Positions 51,373 to 61,920 of a DNA stretch of 64,000 bases are shown one piece after another. The notes beneath the pieces are model-generated. The model saw only the letters and a list, made by a program, of their open reading frames with translations, did not search any database and was not told the origin of the DNA. This DNA is from Gemmatimonadota bacterium. GTDB taxonomy: Bacteria > Gemmatimonadota > Gemmatimonadetes > Gemmatimonadales > GWC2-71-9. Position numbers and translations under genes: made by a program. The DNA lies in the NCBI GenBank assembly GCA_003222195.1, contig QHVB01000030.1, positions 114,883-178,882 on the forward strand, in the 5' to 3' direction. How positions within the stretch are numbered: the first letter of the stretch is position 1; each line of letters begins with the position of its first letter.

Positions 51373-52481
51373 ACAGGCTGCAGTTTGTGGCGCGCCTGGG
51401 AATCGTGGGCGGGCTGTGGACGTTGCTCAACGTTTACGTTGGCGCGCACCTGCTCGGCCCCGCGCCCCTCGCCGGCCTGCCGCGCCTGCTCGCCTGGGGC
51501 GCCGTGGTGATAGTCGCCTGGCTGCCCCTGGTGGCGCTCGCGACCGCGCGTCGTGAGACCGACGGGAGTCATCACCGCGGGTCTTTGATACGGCTGCTCG
51601 ACTGGGCGGCCTACACGATGATGGGGCTGTCGTCGTTGCTGATCGTGGCCTTCTTCGTCACCGATCTCCTCCGCCTGCCCGCCAGCGCCAGGGTGGTCCT
51701 GGTCGTCGTGAGCGGCGCCGCGCTGCTGACGCTCGTCGGCATCGTGCTTGCGCGCCGGCCGCGCGTGGTTCGCGTGACGGTACCGATCGCTGATCTCCCC
51801 AGCGACCTCGCCGGATTTCGGATTCTCCAGCTCAGCGATCTGCACATCGGACCCACGATCCGGCGCCGGTTCGTGGACGCAGTTGTCGACCGGGCAAACG
51901 CGTTACGGCCGGATCTCGTTGCGGTGACGGGCGACGTCGCCGATGGGCTCGTGCCGGAGCTGCGCGAGCATGTGGCCCCGCTCGGCCGCCTCCACGCGCC
52001 GTACGGCTCGTACTTCGTGACGGGCAATCACGAGTACTACTGGGATGTGCGCGGCTGGATCGCTGAGCTGCGGCGACTCGGGATGGAAGTTCTCTCGAAT
52101 GAACATCGGATCGTGCAGCGTGGGGCGGGGCGCCTGCTGCTTGCCGGCGTCACCGACCTCTCAGCCGCGTCCGATCCGGCCGGTGCCGTGGCTGGGGCGC
52201 CGCCGAGCGACGTGCGCGTGTTGCTGGCGCACCAGCCGCGCAGCGCATTCGCCGCCCAGGCAGCGGGCTACGACCTGCAACTGTCAGGGCACACGCACGG
52301 CGGCCAGTACTTTCCCTTCAATCTGCTCGTGCGGCTGTTTCAACCGTTTGTCGCCGGACTGCATCGTCTGGAGTCGATGTGGCTCTATGTGAGCCGGGGA
52401 ACCGGCTACTGGGGTCCGCCGCTCCGGCTCGGCGCGCCGGCTGAGATCACGCTGCTCGAGCTTCAGCCATCGCCGCGGTGA
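51369..52481 (+). CDS. Membrane-anchored metallophosphoesterase
   Basis: SDLH, TGD, GNHE, LAHQP, SGHTHGGQ. Confidence 0.9.
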   Translation: MNRLQFVARLGIVGGLWTLLNVYVGAHLLGPAPLAGLPRLLAWGAVVIVAWLPLVALATARRETDGSHHRGSLIRLLDWAAYTMMGLSSLLIVAFFVTDLLRLPASARVVLVVVSGAALLTLVGIVLARRPRVVRVTVPIADLPSDLAGFRILQLSDLHIGPTIRRRFVDAVVDRANALRPDLVAVTGDVADGLVPELREHVAPLGRLHAPYGSYFVTGNHEYYWDVRGWIAELRRLGMEVLSNEHRIVQRGAGRLLLAGVTDLSAASDPAGAVAGAPPSDVRVLLAHQPRSAFAAQAAGYDLQLSGHTHGGQYFPFNLLVRLFQPFVAGLHRLESMWLYVSRGTGYWGPPLRLGAPAEITLLELQPSPR

Positions 52482-53670
52482 CCAACAGGGCGCGCACGAT
52501 GCCGAGCGCGCCCTTGTCGTTTTCGTACCACTCGGTCGGCAGATGGGCATCGCCCGCTCGACCTCCCGCTCCCAGCGCGACAGCCGGGACTCCGAGCGCG
52601 ATCGGGATATTGGCGTCGGTGGAGGCGCACGCGAGCTGATGCTCGTGGCCGACGGCTCGGGTCGCGGCGACGGCGGTCTGCACGAGCGGGTGAGTGCGCG
52701 GCGTCAGACCCGAGGGCCGGTCGCCGACGCGCTGGACCTCCATCGTCAGTGGAGCCGTACCGGGAAGCCGGTGCCGATTTTCCTCGTCGCGCGCGTCCGC
52801 AACCACCGCCTGCAGCGTCTCATCGATTCGCTGGAGCGAGCGCGGATCCTCGCTGCGCAGATCGATCTCGAACCACGCGACCTGTGGTATTGAGTTGAGA
52901 CTCGTGCCCCCGCCGAGGCGCGTCACGGCGCAGGTACTGCGCGGTGAGTGTTGTGCGGGGAGATCGGCCAACAGGGCGGTTGCCCGTCCTACCGCGTTTG
53001 CTGGATTGGCCACGCCAAAGGCCGCCCACGAGTGTCCACCGGGCCCCGTGTACGTGATCCGGTAGCGTCGAGCCCCGAGCGCGCGGTGGACGATGCGTTC
53101 GATGCCGGCGCCGTCCAGCGCGATGAAGGCATGCGGGCGAATGCGGCCGTCGAGCAGGTGACGCACGCCGCGGAGATCTCCCGATCCTTCCTCGCCCACG
53201 GTCGCTGCAAAGAGGATGGGACGTTCCGTGGCCACTCGAGCGCGGGTGAGTGCTTCACCGAGCGACACCAGCGCCGCGAGACCGCGCGCGTTGTCGGCGA
53301 TGCCAGGTCCTTCGAGACGTGGCCCACGCCGCGCCACGGAGACGTCCAGCTCGGGGCCAAAGACGGTGTCGAGGTGCGCGGTTACCACGACACATCCGTG
53401 GTGTAGGGGCGCAGCATGCTGCGCCCCTACTCCGTCGCTGGAACCGGTTCGATACCAACCCCGCACATTCCCAACTTCATCCATCTCGACATTCTTCAGG
53501 CCCGCCTCGCACAACATTTCAGCCACGCGCGCCCCGCGTGCGGCCTCCGCACCCGTGGGTGCCGGGATCGCCGACAGCGCTGCCTGGCGGGCGAGCGTCA
53601 CCTCGTCCGAATGCTCGATGTGTGCTCGGGCTGCACGGATCCGGTCATTGGCGAGAAGCGCGGCAATCAC
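52447..53670 (-). CDS. M20/M25/M40 family metallo-hydrolase
   Basis: AHLDTV, GIADN, VGEEG, GGHSW, STDAN, AHLPTEW. Confidence 0.88.
   Translation of the reverse strand: MIAALLANDRIRAARAHIEHSDEVTLARQAALSAIPAPTGAEAARGARVAEMLCEAGLKNVEMDEVGNVRGWYRTGSSDGVGAQHAAPLHHGCVVVTAHLDTVFGPELDVSVARRGPRLEGPGIADNARGLAALVSLGEALTRARVATERPILFAATVGEEGSGDLRGVRHLLDGRIRPHAFIALDGAGIERIVHRALGARRYRITYTGPGGHSWAAFGVANPANAVGRATALLADLPAQHSPRSTCAVTRLGGGTSLNSIPQVAWFEIDLRSEDPRSLQRIDETLQAVVADARDEENRHRLPGTAPLTMEVQRVGDRPSGLTPRTHPLVQTAVAATRAVGHEHQLACASTDANIPIALGVPAVALGAGGRAGDAHLPTEWYENDKGALGIVRALLVTAAMAEARAA
53403..53430. repeat. REP-like palindrome copy 5, in-frame inside the M20 hydrolase
   Basis: Perfect 28-mer, read as VGAQHAAPL on the minus strand. 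Confidence 0.92.
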
Positions 53671-53742
53671 GGTGCCAAACTATGATGTCGTATGGCGCGG
53701 GTGCAACTTGACCTGGATTGTAGCGGGGGCGACACTAAACCC

Positions 53743-54972
53743 ATGGAGGAGCGGCAGCTCATCTACGACTGGAACAGCGCCGGCGGTACAGACGGTCACT
53801 TCGATTGGACGCGAGCCCGGGTTGACCTGAACGACGAGACGCTGCGCGACGGACTGCAGTCGCCGTCGGTCACGGATCCGTCGCTCGAGGTCAAGAAGCG
53901 GCTGCTGCACCTGATGGCCGACCTCGGGATCGTCGCGGCAGACATCGGCTTACCGGGTGCCGGCCCGCGGGTCGTCGAGCAGGTGCGCGCGCTGGCGCGG
54001 GAAATCCGTGATCACAAGCTTCCGATCGCCCCGAACTGTGCCGCCCGTACCGTGCTCGCGGACGTGGAGCCGATCGTGCGAATCTCGGACGAAGTCGGCA
54101 TCAAGATCGAAGCGGCCACGTTCATCGGCTCCTCGCCGATTCGGCAGTACACGGAGGACTGGACGCTCGACCGGATCGTCGCCGCGACCGAGGAGGCGGT
54201 GACCTATGCGGTCAAGCATGGCCTGCCGGTCATGTATGTCACCGAAGATACGACGCGGGCTCGCCCTGAGACGCTCAAGGCATTGTACAGCACCGCGATC
54301 GAGTGTGGCGCGGGTCGAATCTGCCTGGCCGACACGGTCGGGCATGCGACACCGGACGGCGTAAAGGCGTTAGTGAACTTCGTCAAAAAAGAAATCGTCA
54401 AACAGAACAACGTAAAAGTAGACTGGCATGGGCATCGTGATCGGGGGATGGGGCTCATCAACTGTCTCGCGGCGATCGAGGCGGGAGTGGATCGCGTGCA
54501 TGCCACCGCCCTTGGCGTCGGCGAGCGGGTCGGCAACGCCGAGATGGATCTCCTGATCGTCAACCTGAAGCTGTTGGGCGCGCATCAGGGGGATATTCGT
54601 AAGCTGCCGGAGTACTGCCGCCTGGTCGCTGATGCCGTTGGGGTGCCGATCCCCGTGAACTACCCGGTCATCGGAACGGATGCGTTTCGGACCGGTACCG
54701 GCGTCCACGCCGCGGCGATTATCAAGGCGAAGAAAAAGGGCCACACCTGGCTTGCCGATCGGGTGTACAGCTCCGTCCCGGCCGAGGAGTTCGGCTTCGA
54801 GCAGCGCATCGAGATCTCTCCGGTGTCGGGCATCTCGAACGTGAAGTATTGGCTCGAGCATCATGGCTACGATCCCGACGACGAAGCGGCCTGCCGCACG
54901 CTGTTCGACGCGGCGAAGCGAACCGATCGGGTGTTGTCCGACGAGGAGTGCCACCGGTTGCTGAGCTCATGA
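53743..54972 (+). CDS. LeuA-family (DRE-TIM) 2-isopropylmalate/homocitrate synthase-like enzyme lacking the regulatory domain
   Basis: DETLRDGLQ, LADTVG, HGHRDRG, GERVGN. Confidence 0.85.
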   Translation: MEERQLIYDWNSAGGTDGHFDWTRARVDLNDETLRDGLQSPSVTDPSLEVKKRLLHLMADLGIVAADIGLPGAGPRVVEQVRALAREIRDHKLPIAPNCAARTVLADVEPIVRISDEVGIKIEAATFIGSSPIRQYTEDWTLDRIVAATEEAVTYAVKHGLPVMYVTEDTTRARPETLKALYSTAIECGAGRICLADTVGHATPDGVKALVNFVKKEIVKQNNVKVDWHGHRDRGMGLINCLAAIEAGVDRVHATALGVGERVGNAEMDLLIVNLKLLGAHQGDIRKLPEYCRLVADAVGVPIPVNYPVIGTDAFRTGTGVHAAAIIKAKKKGHTWLADRVYSSVPAEEFGFEQRIEISPVSGISNVKYWLEHHGYDPDDEAACRTLFDAAKRTDRVLSDEECHRLLSS

Positions 54973-56582
54973 GTTTCCGGGACATCGAGAAGTCGTTTTT
55001 CGATCTCTACTGGCACATGGATCCGGTCGCCGCGACCCAGGCCGGCGTCCCCGGCGGAGGCTATGACGATCGCTACGGGCGCTTCAGTCCCGCCGCACTC
55101 GCCCCCCACCTTGCCGCGCTCAAGTCCATCGCCACGGCACTCGAAGGGGTGAACGCGGCCGATCTGGACGAGGAGATCGACCGCACGGCGCTGCTCAACG
55201 AGGTCCGCGTCATGCTGCGCCGGTTCGAGAAGCTCAAGCCCCAAGCCAAGAATCCGGAGTTCTGGCTCTCGCATCTGCTGGGGGGACTGCACCACCTGCT
55301 GCTCTCCGCCGACCGCACGCCTGCCGAGAAGGCGGCGGCGGCGATCGGGCGGTTGGAAGACATCCCCAATTTCCTCGAGGATCTCAAGACCTCGCTCGAG
55401 GAACCGGTGCGCGTCTTTGTCGAGACGGCGGTTCGCATGACCGAAGGTGGCCGCTTGCTCATCAAGGAGATGGCCGCCGCGCTCGGCGCGCAGGCCCCGA
55501 TGCACGCCGCCCGGCTCGCGGCGGCGGCGGAGCAGGCGAGGGATGCGCTCCTCAAGTTCGATACGAATCTCGCGCGTTGGCTCGAAATGGGGACGGAGCA
55601 GTTCGCGATCGGCGAAGAGGCATTCAACTTCCTGCTGCACTATCAGCACGCGCTGCGCGACACGGCGCCGGAGTTGTGGCGCTACGGCCTGCGCCTCAAG
55701 GAAGAGATCGAGGCGGATCTGGTGCGGCTCGCTACGCGGCTCGACGGCAAGCCCTGGCCGGAGCTGGTCGACAAGCTCCGCGCCGATCATCCTGGTCCGA
55801 GCGAGCTGGTGGACGCGTACTCCAAAGAGATGGCGCGCGCGCGCGACTTCGTGGCCGAGCGCAAGCTCGCGCCGATTCCGAACGCGCCGTTGGGAGTGAT
55901 TCCCACACCGGCGTTCATGCGGCCGGTCATTCCATACGCCGCCTACGACAGCCCCGGCGCCTATAGTCGCAACCGGACCGGCTGGTTCTACGTCACCGTC
56001 CCCGACTCGCGGTTGCCCACGGCGCAGCAGGAGCGCATTCTGCGCGATCACTGCCGCTACGAGCTCGCTGCCACCGCGCTGCATGAGGGTTATCCCGGCC
56101 ATCATCTGCAGCTCGTCATCGCGAAAGAGCTCCCGTCACACGTCAGGAAGAACCTGTGGACGCCGCTGACGGTCGAAGGCTGGGCGCTGTACTGCGAAGA
56201 CATGATGGGTGAGGAGGGCTTCTACGCCTCCGACCAGGAGCTGTTCTTCCAGCGCGTGCACCTGCTGTGGCGCGCGATGCGCATTCTGCTGGACGTCGGC
56301 CTTCATACGCGCGGCATGACCCGCGAGCAGGCGGTCGATCAGATGGTGAACGAGCTGCACGTGGAGCGCGGCAATGCGGAGGCGGAAGTACGGCGCTACT
56401 GCGCCTGGCCCGCCTATCAGCTCTGCTACGCCGTCGGGCGGCGCGAGCTGCTCCGGCTGCGCGACGATTTTCGGAAGGCGAGAGGCAACCACTTCTCGCT
56501 GCGCGCTTTCCACGACGCCGTCCTGCCGTACGGCGGTCTCCCCGTCACGCTGATCCGCTGGGGACTCGGCCTGGGTGAGTAA
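54969..56582 (+). CDS. DUF885 family protein
   Basis: HEGYPGHHLQ, EGWALYCE, EVRRY..P.Q. Confidence 0.88.
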   Translation: MSFRDIEKSFFDLYWHMDPVAATQAGVPGGGYDDRYGRFSPAALAPHLAALKSIATALEGVNAADLDEEIDRTALLNEVRVMLRRFEKLKPQAKNPEFWLSHLLGGLHHLLLSADRTPAEKAAAAIGRLEDIPNFLEDLKTSLEEPVRVFVETAVRMTEGGRLLIKEMAAALGAQAPMHAARLAAAAEQARDALLKFDTNLARWLEMGTEQFAIGEEAFNFLLHYQHALRDTAPELWRYGLRLKEEIEADLVRLATRLDGKPWPELVDKLRADHPGPSELVDAYSKEMARARDFVAERKLAPIPNAPLGVIPTPAFMRPVIPYAAYDSPGAYSRNRTGWFYVTVPDSRLPTAQQERILRDHCRYELAATALHEGYPGHHLQLVIAKELPSHVRKNLWTPLTVEGWALYCEDMMGEEGFYASDQELFFQRVHLLWRAMRILLDVGLHTRGMTREQAVDQMVNELHVERGNAEAEVRRYCAWPAYQLCYAVGRRELLRLRDDFRKARGNHFSLRAFHDAVLPYGGLPVTLIRWGLGLGE

Positions 56583-57750
56583 TCGGCTCCCCAGGCAGGT
56601 CAAGCTGTTCGGTGCAGTCTCCCTTCTCAATGACTTCGCGAGCGAGATGGTGTACCCGCTGCTGCCGGCGTTCGTCACCGGCGTGCTGGGCGGCGGGGCG
56701 GCCGCGCTCGGCGCGCTGGATGGCGCCGCGGATGCCGCGGCCGCGTTTGTAAAGCTCATCGCCGGTCGGCTCGCCGATCGCCCCGAGCGGCGCGGGCCAC
56801 TGATCGTGATCGGCTACTTCGTCGCGGCTGCCGTGCGGCCCATCATCGCGGTGACGGCCGCGGCGTGGCAGGTCATCGGCCTGCGCGTCATCGATCGGCT
56901 TGGGAAGGGCCTGCGCACCCCGCCGAGAGACGCGCTGATCGGGGATGTGACCCCGGCCCCGCTGGTCGGGCGTGCGTTCGGGCTGCAGCGGGGACTCGAT
57001 CATGTGGGCGCGGTGATTGGGCCGCTGATTGCCTGGTGGATGCTGTCCACGGGCGCAGACGTGCGAAAAGTGATCGTCGCGAGCCTCATTCCAGGTGTCC
57101 TGGTCCTGGTACTGGCGATATGGGCGGCGAGGGGCGCCGAGGGGCGGCGAGGGGCGGCGAACGACTTGAGGCCTGAGGGTTCGCCACCCTCCGCCGCCTT
57201 CCGCCGCCCTTCGCCGCCCGTGATTGCCATCGCGATTTTCTACCTGATCCGAATGCCCGAGACGCTCATGATCCTTCGGGCGCAGCGATTAGGCATCGCG
57301 GTCGCCGTCGTGCCGCTGTTGTGGGCGGCGTTGCACGTCGTCCGCTCTTCGACCTCGTTTGTGGGCGGCGCGTTGTCGGACCGGATCGGCCCGTCGCGGA
57401 CCATGTGGATCGGCTGGCTCAGCTACGTCGTCCTTGCTGGTGGAATGGCGTTGGCGGCCACTCCGCTCGCGGCCTGGCTCGTGTTTCTTGCGCTCGGGGT
57501 GGTCGCCGGTCTGACAGAAAGTCCCGAGCGCGCGCTCGTGTCAGCGGCAACGGGAGGTCATCGCGGTAGTGGGTTTGGCGTCTATCATGCGCTTACGGGT
57601 GTGGCGGCGTTGGTTGGCGGAATCGCGCTGGGCCTGGTTTTTCAGCGCATCAGTGGGGCGACGGCGTTTCTCGTAAGTGCTGCTGGCGCCTTGGGTTTGG
57701 TGATCCTCTGGCCTTTCTGGAGCCGCTCGCATAGGGTTCCCCCGCCATGA
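56575..57750 (+). CDS. MFS transporter
   Basis: NDFASEMVYPLLP, DRLGKGLRTPPRDALI; about 12 TM helices. Confidence 0.88.
   Translation: MSNRLPRQVKLFGAVSLLNDFASEMVYPLLPAFVTGVLGGGAAALGALDGAADAAAAFVKLIAGRLADRPERRGPLIVIGYFVAAAVRPIIAVTAAAWQVIGLRVIDRLGKGLRTPPRDALIGDVTPAPLVGRAFGLQRGLDHVGAVIGPLIAWWMLSTGADVRKVIVASLIPGVLVLVLAIWAARGAEGRRGAANDLRPEGSPPSAAFRRPSPPVIAIAIFYLIRMPETLMILRAQRLGIAVAVVPLLWAALHVVRSSTSFVGGALSDRIGPSRTMWIGWLSYVVLAGGMALAATPLAAWLVFLALGVVAGLTESPERALVSAATGGHRGSGFGVYHALTGVAALVGGIALGLVFQRISGATAFLVSAAGALGLVILWPFWSRSHRVPPP
57127..57218. repeat. Inverted arrays of 10-nt repeats (GAGGGGCGGC / CCGCCGCCTT) in the MFS central loop
   Basis: CGAGGGGCGCCGAGGGGCGGCGAGGGGCGGCGAA ... TTCGCCACCCTCCGCCGCCTTCCGCCGCCCTTCGCCGCC. 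Confidence 0.7.
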
Positions 57751-59669
57751 GCGCCCCTCTCGCTCCTCAAAATCCCCATCCGACCGCCACGCCAGCCCAT
57801 CCGCGAGGGCGGTACCTCGCGCGCCTGTCCTTGCTGGCGCTCGGCGTGGTGTACGGCGACATCGGGACCAGCCCGCTGTACGCGCTGCGGGAGGCATTTC
57901 ACGGACAGCACGGGATTCCGGTGACGCCGTTCAACGTGCTGGGTGTGCTGTCGCTCATTTTCTGGTCGCTGCTGCTCATCGTGACGGTGAAGTATCACGT
58001 GGTGATCATACGCGCCGACAACAAGGGTGAAGGCGGTGTGCTTGCGTTGATGGCGCTGGTGAACGGCAGCCGGTTGGCGCGGGGACTCACGCCGCGGCGT
58101 CTGATGATCGTCCTCGGCATCTTCGGGGCGGCGTTGCTGTACGCCGATGGCGCGCTGACGCCGGCGATCTCGGTGCTCTCCGCGGTCGAGGGTGTTGAGA
58201 TTGCGACACCCCAGCTCCAGCACTGGGTCATCTGGATTACGCTCGCCATCCTGATCGGTCTGTTCATGTTCCAGAGCCGCGGCACAGCGGGGGTGGGCGC
58301 GGTGTTCGGGCCGGTCATGCTTGTCTGGTTCGCCACGATCGCCGTGCTGGGGGTCAGCGGCATTCTCAAGAATCCCGCCGTCGTCGGTGCGGTATTACCG
58401 ACCCACGCCATTCGGTTCCTTGCGGAGGATCCTGGACGCGGCCTGCTCGTACTGGGGGCGGTCTTTCTGGTCGTGACCGGCGGCGAAGCGCTGTATGCCG
58501 ACCTTGGTCACTTCGGCCACACGGCGATCCAACTCGCGTGGTTCACAATTCCGCTGCCTGCGCTGCTGCTCAACTATTTCGGCCAGGGCGCCCTGTTGCT
58601 GACGAATCCCGCGGCGGCGGCCAACCCCTTCTATCTTCTGGCCCCAGCAAAGCTGCTGCTTCCGCTCATCCCGCTGGCGACGTTAGCCGCGATCATCGCC
58701 TCCCAGGCCGTCATTTCCGGCGCGTTCTCGCTCACGCGGCAGGCGGTACAGCTCGGCTACATCCCGCGGATGGACATCGAACACACGTCGTCGCGCGAGA
58801 TCGGGCAGATCTACGTCCCGACGGTGAACAAGATGCTGGCGGTGCTCACGATTGCGCTGGTCCTGTATTTCCAAACCTCGAGCAACCTCGCGGGCGCCTA
58901 CGGGGTCGCGCTGTCGACGCTCATGGCGTTGACCACCGTGATGTTTTACGTCATGAGCCGGGAGGTGTGGGGCTGGAGCATTATCAAGGCGGCGGCGGTT
59001 TCCGGCTCGTTCCTCATCGTCGACCTGACGTTCCTCGTGGCGAATGCGCTCAAAATCTGGCACGGAGGGTGGGTGCCGCTGGCGATCGCGATCGCGCTGT
59101 ACTTCGTGATGATTACCTGGAAGCGCGGGCGGGAGATTCTCTCCAAGCGCATGATGGAGAAGACGGTGCCGCTGAAGCTGCTGCTCGCGGACCTGGCAGC
59201 CGAGCCGCCGACGCGCGTGCCGGGGACGGCGGTCTTCATGTATGGCAGCCCCGACGGCACGCCGCCCGCGCTGGTGCTGAATCTCACGCACAACAAGGTG
59301 CTGCATGAGAAGATCGTGTTTCTCACGATCATCACCGAGGACGTCCCGCACGTGGGGGCCGAGCGGCGTGTGACGGTGAAGCGCAGCGGCAAAGGCTTCC
59401 ACAGCGTCACGGCGCGCTACGGGTTTATGCAGGATCCCGATATCGACGAGGTGCTGGCGGCGTGTAAGGAGAACGGCCTGAGTATCCCCCTCGAGGGGAC
59501 GACGTTCTTTCTGGGCCGGGAAACGCTGATTGCTTCGGATCGGCCGGGAATGGCGATGTGGCGGGAGCGCCTGTTCTCCTTCATGTCGCGCAATGCGCTC
59601 CGCGCGACGGCGTTCTTCAAGATTCCGCCGAATCAGGTGTTTGAAGTCGGGGCGTACGTCGAGCTCTGA
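57747..59669 (+). CDS. kup: Potassium transporter Kup
   Basis: GVVYGDIGTSPLY, ADNKGEGG, TPAISVLSAVEG, GGEALYADLGHFG, GQIYVP, YGFMQ. Confidence 0.96.
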   Translation: MSAPLAPQNPHPTATPAHPRGRYLARLSLLALGVVYGDIGTSPLYALREAFHGQHGIPVTPFNVLGVLSLIFWSLLLIVTVKYHVVIIRADNKGEGGVLALMALVNGSRLARGLTPRRLMIVLGIFGAALLYADGALTPAISVLSAVEGVEIATPQLQHWVIWITLAILIGLFMFQSRGTAGVGAVFGPVMLVWFATIAVLGVSGILKNPAVVGAVLPTHAIRFLAEDPGRGLLVLGAVFLVVTGGEALYADLGHFGHTAIQLAWFTIPLPALLLNYFGQGALLLTNPAAAANPFYLLAPAKLLLPLIPLATLAAIIASQAVISGAFSLTRQAVQLGYIPRMDIEHTSSREIGQIYVPTVNKMLAVLTIALVLYFQTSSNLAGAYGVALSTLMALTTVMFYVMSREVWGWSIIKAAAVSGSFLIVDLTFLVANALKIWHGGWVPLAIAIALYFVMITWKRGREILSKRMMEKTVPLKLLLADLAAEPPTRVPGTAVFMYGSPDGTPPALVLNLTHNKVLHEKIVFLTIITEDVPHVGAERRVTVKRSGKGFHSVTARYGFMQDPDIDEVLAACKENGLSIPLEGTTFFLGRETLIASDRPGMAMWRERLFSFMSRNALRATAFFKIPPNQVFEVGAYVEL

Positions 59670-59701
59670 AACGGAGTACCGCAGCACAGTAACAAGGACA
59701 T

Positions 59702-59735
59702 GCGCCCGGGGACTTGCATCCCGGGCGCGTCTTTT
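59702..59735 (+). terminator. Rho-independent terminator after kup
   Basis: GCGCCCGGG...CCCGGGCGC stem followed by TCTTTT. Confidence 0.65.
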
Positions 59736-59749
59736 GTTAGGTAGTGGCC

Positions 59750-59880
59750 GCAAGCCGAGTCCCGCTACCGAAGCGGGAACGGGGGACCCAGGTAATTGGG
59801 GCGCAGCGCCGTAAGGCGCAGGGCAGTCAGTCTCTTCCGCCCGAGCCCGTCAGCTAACCCCGTAGGCTTCGGAGGAGAGA
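59750..59880 (+). ncRNA. Cyclic di-AMP (ydaO/yuaA) riboswitch
   Basis: GCCGAGTCC..GGAACGGGGGACCC..TTGGGGCGCA..AGGG..CCCGAGCCCGTCAGCTAACCCCGTAGGC matches the ydaO consensus; lies upstream of an APC transporter. Confidence 0.9.
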
Positions 59881-59883
59881 CCG

Positions 59884-61920
59884 ATGTCGTCCCCCACCGC
59901 GGGATTCCCCGATCTCGGGGAGCCGTGGACTGCCCGTATGAAGCGCGTCCTGCTTGGCAGGAAGCGCGAGCTCCAGCCGAACGTATTCCACAAAGTCTCC
60001 CTCATCGCGCTGCTCGCGTGGGTCGGCCTCGGGGCGGACGGTCTGTCATCATCCGCGTATGGGCCGGAGGAGGCGTTCAAAACCCTCGGCACACATACCT
60101 ACCTCGCGGTTGGCTTGGCGTTGGCGACGGCGTTCACCGTGCTCGTCATCTCCTACGCGTATAGCAGGATCATCGAGCAGTTCCCGCTCGGTGGCGGCGG
60201 CTACGTCGTGGCTTCGCGGCTCCTGGGGCAGAAGGCCGGCGTCGTGTCGGGGTCGGCGCTGGTTGTCGACTATGTGCTCACGATCTCCATTTCGATTGCG
60301 GCGGCGGGCGACGCGATTTTCAGTTTTCTCCCGCCTGGATGGACGAGCGCGGTGCTGCTCGGCGTACTGCCGGTCAAGCTGCTCGTGGAGCTCGCGGCCA
60401 TCGGCTTCCTCATCCTCTTGAATCTTCGGGGCGTGAAGGAATCGGTGATCGCGCTCGCGCCGCTCTTCATGGTTTTCCTGATCAGTCACGCGATCCTCAT
60501 CGGCGGCGTGATCATCGGACGGCTCGGCGATATCCCGGCCGTATTCGCTGAGGTGCATCGGGGATTCGCGCAGGGCCTTCAGGCGCCTCCCATCGGGCTC
60601 GGTCTCGCCGGGATGATGGCGCTGTTCGTCCGCGCATACGCCCTCGGCGGCGGGACGTACACCGGAATCGAAGCCGTGTCGAACGGGCTATCGATCATGC
60701 GTGAGCCGAAAGTCCAGACGGGAAAGCGGACGATGGCTTTGATGGCCGTCTCACTCGCCGTGACCGCCGGTGGGCTTATCCTGGCCTACTTGCTCGTACA
60801 TGCGACGCCGGCTCCCGGCCGCACGATGAACGCCGTGCTCGCAAATCAGTTCGCGGGCGGTTGGGCCGGGATCGGCGCCCTGTTTGTGTTTGTCGCGCTG
60901 CTGTCGGAAGCGCTGCTCCTCATCGTCGCGGGCCAGACGGGATTCATCGACGGTCCGCGCGTGATGGCGAACATGGCCGTCGACTCGTATATGCCGCACC
61001 GCTTCAGCCAGCTCTCCGATCGTCTGACGATGTCGTACGGCGTGCTCCTGATCGGTGGCGCGTCGCTGCTCGCGCTCGTCTATACGGGCGGCAACGTGAC
61101 GCACCTGGTGGTGCTGTATTCGATCAACGTCTTTCTGACGTTCTCGCTCTCAGAGCTGGCGATGTGCCGGTTCTGGGTGCGGGAGCGGAAGAAGCATCCC
61201 GATTGGCGGAAGCACATCTCCGTGCATCTGACCGGCCTCACACTCTGCGTCTTCATCCTTACCGTGACGGTCTACGAGAAGTTCGGGGAAGGGGGATGGG
61301 TGACGCTCGCGCTGACCGGCGGATTGATCGCGGGCTGTTTCCTGATTCGCCGGCACTATCGCAGGGTCCACGACAAGCTCCGGCGGCTCGATGGGATTCT
61401 CACGGCTCTGCCGGCTGGCGTCGCACCGCCGCCGGCCCAGTCGCACGATCCCGCCGCGCCCACTGCGGTGCTGCTGGTCGGCGGATATAGCGGGCTAGGT
61501 ATCCATTCACTGCTCGCGGTGCAGCGCTTGTTCCCCGGCTACTTCAAGAACTTCGTATTCGTCTCGGTAGGCGTGATCGATTCGGCGAGCTTCGTGAATG
61601 TCGAGGCAGTCGACGAGGTCCGCGACCGTACTGCCGCCGATCTGCGCCGCTACGTCGAGCTCGCTACGGGGCTCGGGCTCGCCGCGGACTCGCGCATGGC
61701 GGTGGGCACCGAGGCTGTCGCAACCGCCGCCGACCTGTGCGTACAGATCGCCGCCGAATTCCCGCGGTCCCTCTTTTTTGCCGGCAAGCTGATCTTCGAA
61801 CGGGAACGTTGGTACCAGCGGCTGCTGCACAACGAGACTGCTTACCAACTGCAGCGCCGGCTCCAATTCGCCGGGCTCAACGCCATGGTGCTCCCTGTTC
61901 GGGTGACGGAGGCTGCATGA
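59884..61920 (+). CDS. APC-family potassium transporter, KimA/YdaO-like
   Basis: ADGLSSSAYGPEE, GGGGYVV, VDYVLT, TGIEAVSNG, LYSINVF; preceded by the c-di-AMP riboswitch. Confidence 0.85.
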   Translation: MSSPTAGFPDLGEPWTARMKRVLLGRKRELQPNVFHKVSLIALLAWVGLGADGLSSSAYGPEEAFKTLGTHTYLAVGLALATAFTVLVISYAYSRIIEQFPLGGGGYVVASRLLGQKAGVVSGSALVVDYVLTISISIAAAGDAIFSFLPPGWTSAVLLGVLPVKLLVELAAIGFLILLNLRGVKESVIALAPLFMVFLISHAILIGGVIIGRLGDIPAVFAEVHRGFAQGLQAPPIGLGLAGMMALFVRAYALGGGTYTGIEAVSNGLSIMREPKVQTGKRTMALMAVSLAVTAGGLILAYLLVHATPAPGRTMNAVLANQFAGGWAGIGALFVFVALLSEALLLIVAGQTGFIDGPRVMANMAVDSYMPHRFSQLSDRLTMSYGVLLIGGASLLALVYTGGNVTHLVVLYSINVFLTFSLSELAMCRFWVRERKKHPDWRKHISVHLTGLTLCVFILTVTVYEKFGEGGWVTLALTGGLIAGCFLIRRHYRRVHDKLRRLDGILTALPAGVAPPPAQSHDPAAPTAVLLVGGYSGLGIHSLLAVQRLFPGYFKNFVFVSVGVIDSASFVNVEAVDEVRDRTAADLRRYVELATGLGLAADSRMAVGTEAVATAADLCVQIAAEFPRSLFFAGKLIFERERWYQRLLHNETAYQLQRRLQFAGLNAMVLPVRVTEAA